DNA of 64,000 bases, from assembly GCF_902713615.1 (NCBI RefSeq), contig NC_052154.1, positions 176,375,873 through 176,439,872 on the forward strand, written 5' to 3'. This DNA comes from Scyliorhinus canicula. Lineage: Eukaryota. How positions within the stretch are numbered: the stretch's first letter is position 1; each line of letters starts with the position of its first letter. The notes below the pieces were generated by a model. It was not told the origin of the DNA. It saw only the letters and a list, made by a program, of their open reading frames with translations, and searched no databases. Positions 12,836 to 23,991 of the stretch are shown here, in pieces. A program made the translations under genes and the position numbers.

Positions 12836-13280
12836 GGAATATTGTGCACAGTTCTGGGTGCCTCACTATAGGAAGGATATGAACATATTAGAGAGAGTAC
12901 AGAAGGTGATTACAAGAATAATTCCAGGGATGAGAAACTTCAGTTATGAGGACAAATTGGAGAGTTTGGGATTGCTCTCCTCGGAGGGGTGAAGGCTGAG
13001 AGGGGATTTGATAGAGATGTTCAAAATCACGAGGGGGCTGGACAGAGTGGATAGGGCAAAACTGTTCCCGCTCATAAAGGGATCAAGAACAAGACAACTC
13101 AGATTCAAAGTGATTTACCAAAAAAGCAAATATAATGTTGGAAAAAACATTGTCACACGACGAGTGGTTTGGGTCGGGAATGCACTGCCTGGAAGTGTGG
13201 TGGAGGCAGGTTTAATTGAGACATTGGAGAAGGCATTAAGGGATTATTTGACTAGAAACAGTGTGTATGGGGTACGGGGA
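12836..13280 (+). mobile_element. CR1 LINE ORF2 C-terminal fragment
   Basis: LEYCAQFWVP, LERVQK, RGDLIEMFKI..GLDRVD..LFP motifs. Confidence 0.85.
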
Positions 13281-14112
13281 CTGGCACCAAGATTCTATAA
13301 TTCTGTGATTACCACTGGCAGAGGCAGTAGGTCAGATTGTAGAAGGTGGCAGAGTGCAGTGACCATCTTCTTGGCGAAACGCAGGCATATCTCCTCACTG
13401 AGGGGGAGATAGGAGGAGTGCTCCCTAAAAGCTCTTGGGGAGTCGGCCCCACTACGGAGTGATGTCCTCCTTCTCCCTCCCTATGCAACTTTCTCTCTGC
13501 TGCCTGTTCTCCATTTACACATCATGCTGCACCCCAAGAGACCCTGCAACCATCGCCTTCATTACTGAACCAAACTGTTTCTGAACAAGCCAATCAAATC
13601 TTCTGACCTCCTTACTAACATCCGGCACTACTCCCATGCAAATTCAAAGTTTGGTAAAACTCCACCAGTAACACAAAATGCGATACTTCCACTGACCCTG
13701 CACCAGCAAAAGTAAAATAAAAGTACGTCACCTTGAGTTTGGATGGTTGACTCTTCGACTAATACTCGCCTGGGGTCCTTCAGTCTCGGGCAGCTGAAAG
13801 TGATAAAGAGAGGGTGTTAATGATCCTTGTCCCCAGTCCAAAATGGCAGCTTGTTGGACATGCCCCCAACCCTCTTGTTCTGCATGTATCCAATGCCAAC
13901 ACACCATGCCTGACACTGTACCCTTTCAGCCATGATGCGCTGCACAGTGACCAGAAGCATTCCAGCCAGTTAAATTTGGGGTTTCCATAGCATCTCCACC
14001 AGTGGCCTCCACTACAGAGCTGAGTTTCATGGTCAGTTTACTTTGTTCAAAATCATAGGTACTGTGTCATTGGTCATGGTAAACTGGAGAACGTATTCTC
14101 TCACTCTCCCGT

Positions 14113-14451
14113 AACATAGAACAGTACAGCACAGAACAGGCCCTTCGGCCCTCGATGTTGTGCCAAGCAATGATCACCCTACTCAAATCCACGTATACAC
14201 CCTTTACCCGTAACCCAACAACTCCCCCCCTTAACCTTACTATTAGGACACTATGGGCAATTTATCATGGCCAATCCACCTAACCCGCACATCTTTGGAC
14301 TGTGGGAGGAAACCGGAGCACCCGGAGGAAACCCACGCACACACGGGGAGGGCGTGCAGACTCCACACAGACAGTGACCCAGCCGGGAATCGAACCTGGG
14401 ACCCTGGAGCTGTGAAGCATTGATGCTAACCACCATGCTACCATGCTGCCC
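14113..14451 (-). mobile_element. HE1/V-SINE, full length
   Basis: Close match to the reverse complement of 2687-3010. Confidence 0.9.
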
Positions 14452-14896
14452 TAACCATCCTTGCTTTCTGTTTGTGTTCTCATCCCTCCTTTCTCTCATT
14501 CCTCTTTCTCCTGCTCTGCTCGTTCCTTCATTTATCATCTCAGGTGGTTCTCAATTATGGTTTGTATATCTATATTCCCTTCTACACTTGCTCCACTGCA
14601 TTCTGGTCGTTGTCCTGTCTGTCCTCTCATTTGGAAGGTATTGGGTTTGAGAACAAAAGAAGAATTTTTCGGTGGCCAATGCAGCATGCCACTTCCCCAG
14701 GGTCGTGACAGCGGTAGCGAGGTGAGGTGGGAGGTGCATGATGAGCAATGTGGGCTGCAAAGATAAACTGGAGACCAGAAAAAACAAAGCTCTGGCCCTA
14801 GGAGCAGTAGAGTCAAAGAGTACAGCCTAAAACAGATCAGCAGAGTTAAGGCAGGATCAGTCGGTTAAGAATGAGAGAAACTGGCAGAGGAAAGAT

Positions 14897-16155
14897 GACA
14901 ACTGTACAAGGCATTGGTGAGACCACAGCTGGAGTATTGTGGCACAGTTTTGGTCCCCTTATTTGAAGAAAGATGTAGAGGCATTGGAGGCAGTTCAGAG
15001 GAGGTTCACAAGGTTGATTCCAGAGATGAGGGGCGCAATTCTCCGACACCCACGCCAGGTGGGAGAATCGCGGGGGTGCCGGGCAATTCCCGCCACGCCG
15101 CCCTGGCACCCGCACATGATTCTCCTACCCCCCAAAACGGCATGCCGCGTTTCACGACAGGCTGCTTGGAGAATCGCCGCTCGCTGTTTGCAGCAGGCGA
15201 GCGGCAATTCTCCGGCCTGCCCAATACGACGGGTACATGCCGGCGCAAACCACACCTGGTCGCTGCCGGCGTGAACAGCGTGCGAACGCTGCCTGGGCAG
15301 CCTGTGGAGGGGAGGGGAGGGAGGATCGAGCACCAGGGGGGCGCTCAGTAGGGGTCTGGCCCGCGATCGGTGCCCACTGATCGTCGGGCCGGCGTCTCTG
15401 AAAGACGCACTCTTTTCCTCTGCCGCCCCGCAAGATCAATCCTCCATGCGGGGAGGACAGCAATCGCGCATGCGCAGGTTGGTGCCAGCCAACCTGCGCA
15501 TGCGCGGGTGACATCATTTACGCGGCACTGGCCGCGTAATTTATGCAGCGCCGCTTTCACGTGGTGTTAAGGCCCAGCCGCGTAATTGACGCCGCTCCTA
15601 GCCCCCTGGGGGTGGGTGAATAGGGGGCGAGGAGCGGCCTCCGCGTTGGAGTGAAACATTACGGTTTTCACTCCGGCGTCGGCACTTAGTCTCCCGATGG
15701 GAGAATTTAGCCCGAGAAGTTTGTCGCATGAGGAGAGATTGAGCAGTTTAGACCTATATTCTCTAGGGTTTAGAAGAATGAGGGGAGATCAAATTGAGGT
15801 TTACAAGATGCTAAAAGGTATGGATAAAGTAGACATGGAGCGGATGCTTCCTCTTGTGAGGCATTCGAGAGGAGAGGTTATAGTATTAGGAGAAGAGGTA
15901 GCAAATTTAAAATGGAGTTGAGGAGAAACTACTTCTCCCAAAGGGTTGTGAATCTGTAGAATTCGCTAACCCAGAGTGCAGTGGATGCTGGGACAGTGAG
16001 TAAATTTAAGGAGTTAGACAGATGTTTAATTGGTAATGGTTTGAAGGGTTAAGGAGAACGGGCAGCACAGTGGAGTTAAGGCCAGGATGAGATCAGCCAT
16101 GATCGAATTTCGGAGCAGATTCGATGGGCCAAAAGGCCTAATTTGGCTCCTATCA
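14897..16155 (+). mobile_element. CR1 LINE 3' end (ORF2 C-terminus + 3'UTR) interrupted by a MITE
   Basis: LYKALVRPQLEYC, FWSPYLKKDVEALEAVQRRFTRLIPEMR [MITE] SLSHEERLSSLDLYSL..RRMRGD; tail GATGGGCCAAAAGGCCTAAT. Confidence 0.88.
15031..15713. mobile_element. Harbinger-type non-autonomous element
   Basis: TIRs GGGCGCAATTCTCC / GGAGAATTTAGCCC; TSD GAG; removing it restores the CR1 frame. Confidence 0.88.
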
Positions 16156-16304
16156 TTTACAAACTTAATTGACAGCTCTTCCCCTACCCTGCTCTCCCAC
16201 ATATAGCGGGAGTGCACCAGGGCAGCAGAGTGTGCTGGCAGGGACGAAAGGGAAAATGCTGGAAAATCTCAGCAAGTCTGGCAGCATCTGTAGGGAGAGA
16301 AAAG

Positions 16305-16341
16305 AGCTGATGTTTCGAGTCCGATACTCTTTGTCAAAGCT
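16305..16341 (-). ncRNA. Second copy of the hammerhead motif in the inverted PLE arm
   Basis: Reverse complement of 17054-17091 with a 1-nt deletion in stem II. Confidence 0.55.
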
Positions 16342-16447
16342 AACAGACAGAGAGAGTGGGAAATATTTATACTGTGGAGTGAGACTGAAAGATGGGTCAT
16401 AGCCACAGAAACCCAGGGGAAGGTGCAGGAAAGAAAGAAATGGTAAA

Positions 16448-16744
16448 AATCTGGTCTATTGCATTCGCTGCTCCCAATATGGTCTCCTCTATATCGGAGA
16501 GACCAAACGCAGACCGGGTGATCGCTTTGCTGAGCATCTTCAGTCTGTGTGCATTCAGGATCCTGACCTTCCTGTTGCTTGCCGTTTTAAGAAAAGACCC
16601 TGCTCCTATGCCCACATGTCTGTTCTTGGCCTGCTGCAATGTTCCAGTGAAGCGCAACGCAAACTGGAGGAACAACATCTCATCTTCCGATTAGGCATGC
16701 TACAGCCTTCCGACCTGAACATCGAATTCAACAATGTCAGATGA
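16448..16744 (+). CDS. GIY-YIG endonuclease domain (C-terminus of the PLE ORF, 5' truncated)
   Basis: NLVYCIRCSQYGLLYIGETKRRPGDRFAEHL...RKLEEQHLIFRLGMLQPSDLNIEF*: VY-YIG-R-E-N motifs with no internal stop. Confidence 0.88.
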   Translation, partial: NLVYCIRCSQYGLLYIGETKRRPGDRFAEHLQSVCIQDPDLPVACRFKKRPCSYAHMSVLGLLQCSSEAQRKLEEQHLIFRLGMLQPSDLNIEFNNVR

Positions 16745-17053
16745 TCAGCCCCACCTCAACCCATTTGTTTTCATTTCATTTTAACTGTCCTTTACCATTT
16801 CTTTCTTTCCTGCACCTTTCTCCTCTTTGCTTCCCCCTTCCCCTCCCCCACACACCTACAGTTCATCCTCTGATGTTAGTTTCCCTGCTGTTTGACCTTT
16901 CATATCTTTTGTCCTCTCTGGGGACTGCCATTAGCACTCTTTCACCTTGGCATCTGTGGCCATTAGCACCCGGTTTCCCTGGGTTTCTGTGGTTATGACC
17001 CATCTTTCATTCTCACTCCACAGTATAAATATTTCCCACTCTCTCTGTCTGTT

Positions 17054-17091
17054 AGCTTTGACAAAGAGTCATCGGACTCGAAACATCAGCT
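17054..17091 (+). ncRNA. Minimal type I hammerhead ribozyme motif (U3-A8 variant)
   Basis: AGCT-TTGACAA-A-GAGTC(ATCG)GACTC-GAAA-CA-TC-AGCT: stem I, core, stem II, GAAA and UH site all present. Confidence 0.65.
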
Positions 17092-17747
17092 CTTTTCTCT
17101 CCCTACAGATGCTGCCAGACCTGCTGAGATTTTCCAGCATTTTCCCTTTCGTTTCAGGTTCCAGCATCCGCAGTAATTTGCTTTTATCCAGTGCTGGCAG
17201 GGATGTAGATTTCTAGATTGTATTATTTTTCTCTCTCTCTGCGATTACTGTGGAGAATAGGGGCTACTAATTGTCTAATCATTAACTCTGAACCTCAGGG
17301 AAACTTGACGAAAGTAGATCCTGAACGTAGCCAAATTAAACAGGTTCTGTATTGTTCACTTCTGTCACTTGTGACACTTCAAATACTTTTCACCCATTAA
17401 GTTCATTAGCAGCAGAGAGTAATTGGCAAAGAGTGATACCAGAACAGAATGAATCATAAACAGAGCATAGACTGTTCGGAACATGGCTGTAGTTGGAATT
17501 TCAATATGGGAAGGAGATGCTGTTTTGTTTAACTTCCAGTACTGGTAGAAGCGTCTGTTGCAGGCAAGAATATAAATTAACCTACCTATAAATTCAACCA
17601 GATTATTTTTTCAGTTGAAACACAAAAAACTATAAGGTCAGCATAAGTCGAGGAGGAGAGAAAGTCCAATTCTGAGGAGAATCTAATTTGGTGAATCCAA
17701 ATACAAGAGAAAAGGAGAGATTTCATTGAACATCAGGGAGGTGATTG

Positions 17748-18289
17748 TGTTATGGGCCAGGGTTTAGAGAACCCCAAAGTGTATCATGGAGTTCACCTGA
17801 CCCACAACTTTTAACAGATTGTGGTATGGGGAGCACACGGCCCACTCTACAGGTGTGGTACAGCAGAAATGGAAAAGTATTTTTAAAGCAAAACAATATT
17901 TATTCTATGAACTCAAGTTAACCTTTTTAAAACATACAGTGAACATCTTAGCAACCATTAATTCAAATACAACCCCCAAAGAATACAACACTAAGTAATG
18001 CTTAATAACTTCCCAAACAACAGAAGAAACACCTTTCAATAGAAGCACATTAGGTTAAAGTCATTACTGTTCTTAGTTTTAAATCACCAGGATCGATTTA
18101 CAGTCTTTAGATTACAGAGAGAAACTGATACACCTTCTGGCTGTGACTGCAGCTATCCAGATCTAAAAACAAAACTAAAACACACCAAAAGCAAAAAAAC
18201 TGACAGAACAGCCCTGCTCCACCCACACTCTGACATCACTGCAGTAATATGGGCGGCCAAACATTTCTTAAAGTGACATTCTCATGACA
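17748..18289 (-). mobile_element. Solo LTR related to the LTR at 776-1354
   Basis: TG..CA ends; 4-bp TSD ATTG (17744-17747 / 18290-18293); reverse complement starts TGTCATGAGAATGTCACTTTAAGAAATG and shares CATATTACTG.AGTGATGTCA with the first LTR. Confidence 0.88.
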
Positions 18290-18529
18290 ATTGTTTGATG
18301 AATCAAACCATTGGACAGGATTTTACAGTCCTTCCCACCAGCAGGACCTCCCGGTTCCGCAGAGGGTTTCCTGGCAGTGGGACGGCCAGCTCTGCAAAAT
18401 GGCGTGGACATCAGTGAGACCAGAAGATCTCATCAGCGGCCAATGGTGTGCCCCATCTCCTGTCGGAAAAATCCCATTTTTGTCTCTTTCCCTCTCTCTA
18501 AATTGGGGCAGTGGATTAAAATTTATCGT

Positions 18530-19155
18530 AGGATCATAGAATCCCTACAGTACAGAAGTAGGCCATTTGGCCCATCGCGTCTGCACTGGCCCATTGGAAA
18601 GAGAACCCTATTCAATAATAATAATAATAATAATCCTTATTGTCACAAGTAGGCTTATATTAATACTGCAGTGAAGTTACTGTGGAAAGCCCCTAGTCGT
18701 CACATTCCGGCGCCTGTTCGGGTACACAGAGGGAGAATTCAGAATGTCCAAAATTACCTAACAGCACGTCTTTCAGGGCTTGTGGGAGGAAACCGGAGCA
18801 CCCGGAGGAAACCCACACAGACACAGGGAGACCGTGCAAACTGCAAACAGACAGTGACCCAAGCCGGGAATCGAACCTGGGACTCTGGAGCTGTGAAGCA
18901 ACAGTGCTACCCACTGAGCTACCGTGCTGCCCCCATTTTAGAACAGGCCTTCATCCTATCTCCGCAACCTAGTAACCCTACCTAACCTTTTGGACACTAA
19001 GGGTAATTTAGCATGTCCAATCCACCTCACCTGCACATCTTTGGAATGTGGGAGGAATGTGGGGATGTGGTGGGGTGCTCTTTCCAAGGGCCGCTGCAGT
19101 CTCGATGGGCCAAGTGGCCTCCTTCTTCACTGTAAATTCTCTGATTCTCTGATTA
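18530..19155. mobile_element. Nested SINE cluster: minus-strand HE1 interrupted by a third-tail SINE (~18613-18932), followed by a plus-strand SINE tail
   Basis: Head, core and tail motifs in the stated order and orientation. Confidence 0.75.
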
Positions 19156-19629
19156 TTGCACACAGACATACATGCCCAGTATAATTCTCTGGTTCTTTCT
19201 TATTAAGTTGTTGATTCACGATAAAAACTCAAGCACACAGCTTCACTATTCCAATACGGCACAAAAAGTGGGTTACTCAAAACCCTTATACCAATTCTAC
19301 CATTGCTCTCACCATTGCAGACATATTCAGGCATCGGATGGCTGTGTGTGAGTATGGGTGTGTGTGACTATGTAATCCCTGCAGTGCAGGGGAAGGGCAT
19401 TGGGCCTACAAGTCTGCACCGACCCTCCGAAAGGGCGAGCACTCTACCTAAACCCACTCCCATGCCCTATCTCTGTGACCCCACGCATTGATCGTGGCCA
19501 ATCCACCTAACCTGCACATGTTGTGTCTGTGGGGGGGGGGGGGGGGGGGAAGGGGGAGCACCTGGAGGAAGCCCACACAGACACGGGGAGAATGGCAGCA
19601 ATGTTAACCACTGTGCCACCGTGCCATCC

Positions 19630-20070
19630 CGACTGTGTGTGTGTCAGTTTGTGTATTTCTATGTGGGTGCGTCTGTGTGTGCGCCTGTGTCTGTGTGCAT
19701 GACTGTGTATATGTGTGTGTGAGACTGTGTGTATGAGCGTACCTGTGTGTGTGTTTGTAACTCTATGTCTGTGTGTACCTGTGTATGCGTGGGTGTGACC
19801 ATGTGGGCAGCATTTACCCACCATTCCGCCATGTGTTTTTCGGGGGTGGAGGCTGCCCACCAGCAGGATCTACCGGTTTCACCATTGTCAATGGGATTTC
19901 CCGTTGACTGCAGCGCTCGTCACCCGGAAACCCATAGACCGGCGTGGGACTGGAATCCCCTGCCGGCTTGAATAGCTGGTAATTACCGCCCTGTGCGTGT
20001 GTGTATCTGTATGTGGGTGTGTGTACCTCTGTATGTGTGTGTGTGTGTACCTCTGCATGTGCGTGTGTGA
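19630..20070. repeat. Degenerate (TG)n microsatellite containing a short MITE
   Basis: TG-rich tract. Confidence 0.8.
19805..19991. mobile_element. Short palindromic Harbinger-type MITE
   Basis: GGGCAGCATTTACC ... GGTAATTACCGCCC; TSD TGT. Confidence 0.75.
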
Positions 20071-20074
20071 GACT

Positions 20075-20330
20075 ACGGTAGCATAGTGGTTAGCACTATG
20101 GCTTCACAGCGCCAGGGTCCCAGGTTCGATTCCTGGCTTGGGTCACTGTCTGTCCGGAGTCTGCACGTCCTCCCCGTGTCTGCGAGGGTTTCCTCCGGGT
20201 GCTCCGGTTTCCTCCCACAAGTCCTGAAAAACGTGCAGGTTAGGTGAATTAGACATTCTGAATTCTCCCTCCGTGTATCCGAACAGGTGCTGGTATGTGG
20301 CGACCAGGGGATTTTCACAGTAACTTCTTT
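20075..20330 (+). mobile_element. HE1-head SINE, third tail type (truncates the Gypsy element)
   Basis: Head, core and TTTTCACAGTAACTTC tail. Confidence 0.85.
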
Positions 20331-21728
20331 GCGTGTTAACGTTCGGACGCGAGTCTCTTTGAGTCCAGTTGAGGATGTGCTCTGCAAACTCTGGCAAAGT
20401 GTCCAGGAGATTTTGGGTTATAATGAACATCTGGGGTACCAGCACTGGCGAATGCTCTCAGGTAGGGAGATGTGACTTAACACATCCGCATTAGCAATTT
20501 GAGCCCCAGGATAGTGCTGAAAAAAATAGTTGTAGAATGTCAGCAGCAGGGCCCAACACTTCACCCTAGCTGAGGCTATGGGCTGTACGAGCTTAACTTC
20601 CCTTTGGCCCAGTAATGATCAGCCACTATGTTGAACTGTCGACCGTACAGACACTGGTGGAATTTCTTCACACTGAATATAACGGCTAAGGCCTCCTTCT
20701 CAATCTGGGCATAGTTATTGTTTCTGAGGCAAAGGCATGAAGGCACTCCGAACCATCTCCCATTTTGTGGGATAAAAAAGCCCCTCTCCCATAAGTGGAC
20801 ATGTCGCAGATCAATACGATTTCCTCAGATCAAAATGCACCAAGATGTCTGAAGACTGGAATACATGTTTCACAACTTGGAAGGAATGTTTTTGAGGCTC
20901 CTCCCATTGCCACCGCTTCCTTAAAAGTAGGTGTAACGGTGCCAATGGTGTGACTAAATTTGAAATAAACCTTCCATAGTAATTCCCGTACCAGCCTCCC
21001 CGAACAGGCGCCGGAATGTGGCGACTAGGGGCTTTTCACAGTAACTTCATTGTAGCACAGTAACTTCAATTGTGACAATAAGCAATTTTCATTTCATTTT
21101 CATTTCATTTCATTTCAATTGTCCATACCAAGAAAGGACTCAAAAACTCACTGACATTTTTGGGTGCAGGGACATCTTGTATGGCCTTGACCCTTTTCTT
21201 CCAAAGGGTGCAATCCTGTCGCCTCAATGCAAAATCATAGGTATGTCACTTCAGAGCCATGGAAGGTGCAATTTTTGCATTTAAGGTTGACCCCAGCATC
21301 ACAAGCTCTCTTTACTACTTCCTCTAGCCTGGCCACATGTTCTTCTGGTGTAGCACCTGTGACTAGCATGCCATCAAGGTAAACTTTCACCTTGGGAATA
21401 CCCTGGAGGAGATTTTCCATCATGCACTGGAAGATAGTGCAGGCTTAAGAAGTATGGTATACTGGAAGAGGTCTTTGTGGGTATTAATTGTACAAATAGC
21501 TAAGATTCCTCATCCATCTCTAGTTGCAGGTCAGGGTGACTGAGGTCCAACTTTGAATAGGTTAGGGCAGGGACCAGCAAGGTGGAGAGGTCTTCAGTTC
21601 GGGGAACCGGATACCGATCGACCTGGGCAGTCTGGTTTATCATCATCTTATAGCCCCCACAAATCCTTATTGATCCATCAGGTTTAAGGACAGGCCGACT
21701 ATTTATTGCCAGCACTTGCAATCTCATT

Positions 21729-22079
21729 AGAATCATAGAATTTAAAGTGCAGAAGGAGGCCATTCGGCTCATCGAGTCTGCACCGGCTCTTGGAAAGAGC
21801 ACCCTACCCAAGGTCCACACCTCCACCCTATCCCCATAGCCCAATAACCCCATCCATCACTAACGGCAATTTTGGACACTAAGGGCAATTTAGCTGGCCA
21901 ATCCACCTAACCTGCACATCTTTGGACTGTGGGAGGAAACCGAAGCACCCGGAGGAAACCCACGCACACATGGGGAGAATGTGCAGACTCCGCACAGACA
22001 GTGACCCAAGCCGGGAATTGAACCTGGGACCCTGGAGCTGTGAAGCAATTGTGCTAACCACAATCCTACCGTGCTGCCC
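21729..22079 (-). mobile_element. HE1/V-SINE, full length, inserted in Gypsy RT
   Basis: Head, core and CR1-type tail. Confidence 0.9.
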
Positions 22080-22163
22080 AAATTAACTCTGCTTCAGCCT
22101 TCTGATGCAATGCGTATGGCACCAGCCTGACTCTGAAGAACTAAGGTGTTGAATCCGTATCTT

Positions 22164-22328
22164 GGGCGGTATTCTCCGTCCCGCCAGCCCTGTTTGCTGG
22201 CGTGTCTCCCCTACCGGCAGCTGGATTTTCCATTCCCGCAGCTGGCCAATGCGGTTCCCCAATGTGGCCACCCCATGCCATCGGGAAAGCCCCGAGTGTG
22301 GGAACGCTGCCGATGGAGAATCCCGCCC
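22164..22328. mobile_element. 165-bp Harbinger-type MITE in Gypsy pol
   Basis: TIRs GGGCGGTATTCTCC / GGAGAATCCCGCCC; TSD CTT. Confidence 0.88.
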
Positions 22329-23099
22329 CTTGGCTTTTATACCTTTAATTCGGCCCAGTTCTTCATGGAAGATATCTTCATGCTTCCTCAAGGCATCTCG
22401 GAGGATGCTGTCGGATATTTTGAAGATCTCCAGGCTGTTGAGCCTAATCTTCTGCAACATCTCAAGTCTCTTCCCAACAGACTGGGTCTATGTTCTTGCA
22501 TGATGACCGAAGGTAGCTGTTTGCATGTCACTAGGGTCTTGACTGTTCCGAGGCTCTTCCCGGTTTATGTTGAAACCTTAAGCTTAAAGACTTTAATCCT
22601 GCACGCAGATATTCAAAGGTCTTTTCACCCACTGTGGTCACCGAGGCCCCAGTGTCAACTTACATTTTAAAGTGTCTACCATTCAGCCTGAAGACAATTT
22701 CAATCGGAGCTGGTTTATTCAATTGGACTGCATTCAACTGGTGCGTCAAATTCTCTTCCACAGATCTCTTCTCTACTATGTCCAATGCTGCTCTGGACCG
22801 CTGCTGCTGCTATTGTTTCTTGTAATGGCTCGTTTTTCCTCGTGTGGCAACGTGCTTGAATGTGTCCCCTTTGGTTGCAATGGAAGCGCTGAACTCCCGA
22901 ACATGGCAGGTCTCCTGGGGATGGATCCCCTGCAATGATAGCAGTCCACCTGAGATTTGGATGGCTGCCCAGATTCCTTCCCGCTCCTGGGGATCCGGTC
23001 CTGTTCCGAGGACTGTGTCGTACTTTGAGCTGTGCCTGTTGATCCCACCGCCCACCTCTTCAGTGAAGCCTCTTCGACAAAGTGCATTATGACAAACAT

Positions 23100-23460
23100 G
23101 CCCTTGCTCTATGTTCTCTAGCACCGGGCCAAAAGGCTTGAATGCAGACTGCACGAGGCAACGACCCGTTAGCAGTGGCCAACTACAAGGTCCTCCAGCC
23201 CAACAGCTATGTGATAGCCTCCAATAGCAGCCATTATATACGCAATCGCTGTCACCTGCTGCCAACAGCTAAGCTGCCACCCACAACTGTTTACTCAGAT
23301 TGATCACATTTCCTGGACCTCAGGCCCCACAAGCCCCCCTCAACCCAGATCCCGTTGGAATCCTGCATGGCAAGTCCAAGGCCTTCACATGAACGTTGTG
23401 CCTTGCATGCCCACAACACACACTGCTGACAGCACAGTCCCACCTGCACCTGTTGGTGTC
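23100..23460 (+). mobile_element. Gypsy integrase C-terminal remnant of a different element (opposite strand)
   Basis: PNSYVIASNSSHYIRNRCHLL resembles the PRSY..RRNRRHL motif. Confidence 0.5.
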
Positions 23461-23475
23461 TGTACACATACCAGG

Positions 23476-23788
23476 ATGGCACGGTAGCACAGTGGTTATC
23501 ACTGTTGCTTCACAGCGCCAGGGTCCCAGGTTCGATTCCCGGCTGGGTCACTGTCAGTGCTGAGTCTGCACGTTCTCCCCGTGTCTGCGTGTGTTTCCTC
23601 CGGGTGCTCTGGTTTCCTCCCACATGTCCCTAAAGACGTGCTGTTAGGTGAATTGGACATTCTGAATTCTCCCTCCGTGTACCCGAACAGGCGCCAGAGT
23701 GTGGCAACTAGGGGATTTTCACAGTAACTTCATTGCAGTGTTAATGTAAGCCTACTTGTGACAATAAAGATCATTATTGTTATTATTA
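23476..23788 (+). mobile_element. HE1-head SINE, third tail type, full length
   Basis: Ends ACTTGTGACAATAAAGATCATTATTGTTATT. Confidence 0.88.
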
Positions 23789-23920
23789 AATGCTTGATCA
23801 AGTCCAACACATGGTGGCGGGACTTCACCAGGTCTTAAACTGTCTGGACTGATCAAAGTCATTCTTTCCATTTCACTTTTGCCATTTCCCCAATTTAGTC
23901 TGAAAGAAGGATGAGGAGCG

Positions 23921-23991
23921 CACACAATGGACACACAATGGACACACAATGGACACACAATGGACACACAATGGACACACAATGGACAATG
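23921..23991. repeat. 11-bp tandem repeat (CACACAATGGA) x6 plus a partial unit
   Basis: Six perfect units. Confidence 0.95.

Larger units (their letters stand above)
11880..13460 (-). pseudogene. Fossil PIF/Harbinger (HARBI1-like) DDE transposase, split by a SINE and a CR1 fragment
   Basis: Minus-strand translation pieces in the correct order: RAFREHSSYLPLSEEICLRFAKKMVTALCHLLQSDLLP; SGSLQPAAGDINNI; AATDGAY; CKGYNFNNVELMC; HYPGSSHNTEILHQS; LKGYPL..LITP; NEKHAAIGNAME. Contains stops and frameshifts. Confidence 0.75.
16245..17190 (+). mobile_element. 5'-truncated Penelope-like retroelement with inverted 5' arm and 13-bp TSD
   Basis: TSD GTGCTGGCAGGGA (16232-16244 / 17191-17203); left arm 16245-16421 is the reverse complement of ~16974-17151; GIY-YIG frame inside. 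Confidence 0.9.
20331..23100 (-). pseudogene. Decayed canonical Ty3/Gypsy gag-pol (zinc knuckle, protease, RT, RNase H), interrupted by SINEs and a MITE
   Basis: CYHCRG knuckle (~22930), VDTGASV protease (~22640), [48 protein letters not shown] and ANADVLS RNase H; many stops and frameshifts. Confidence 0.88.

Noticed and set aside
23921-23991. CRISPR-like array
   Set aside because: Head-to-tail 11-mers with no spacers, in eukaryotic DNA.
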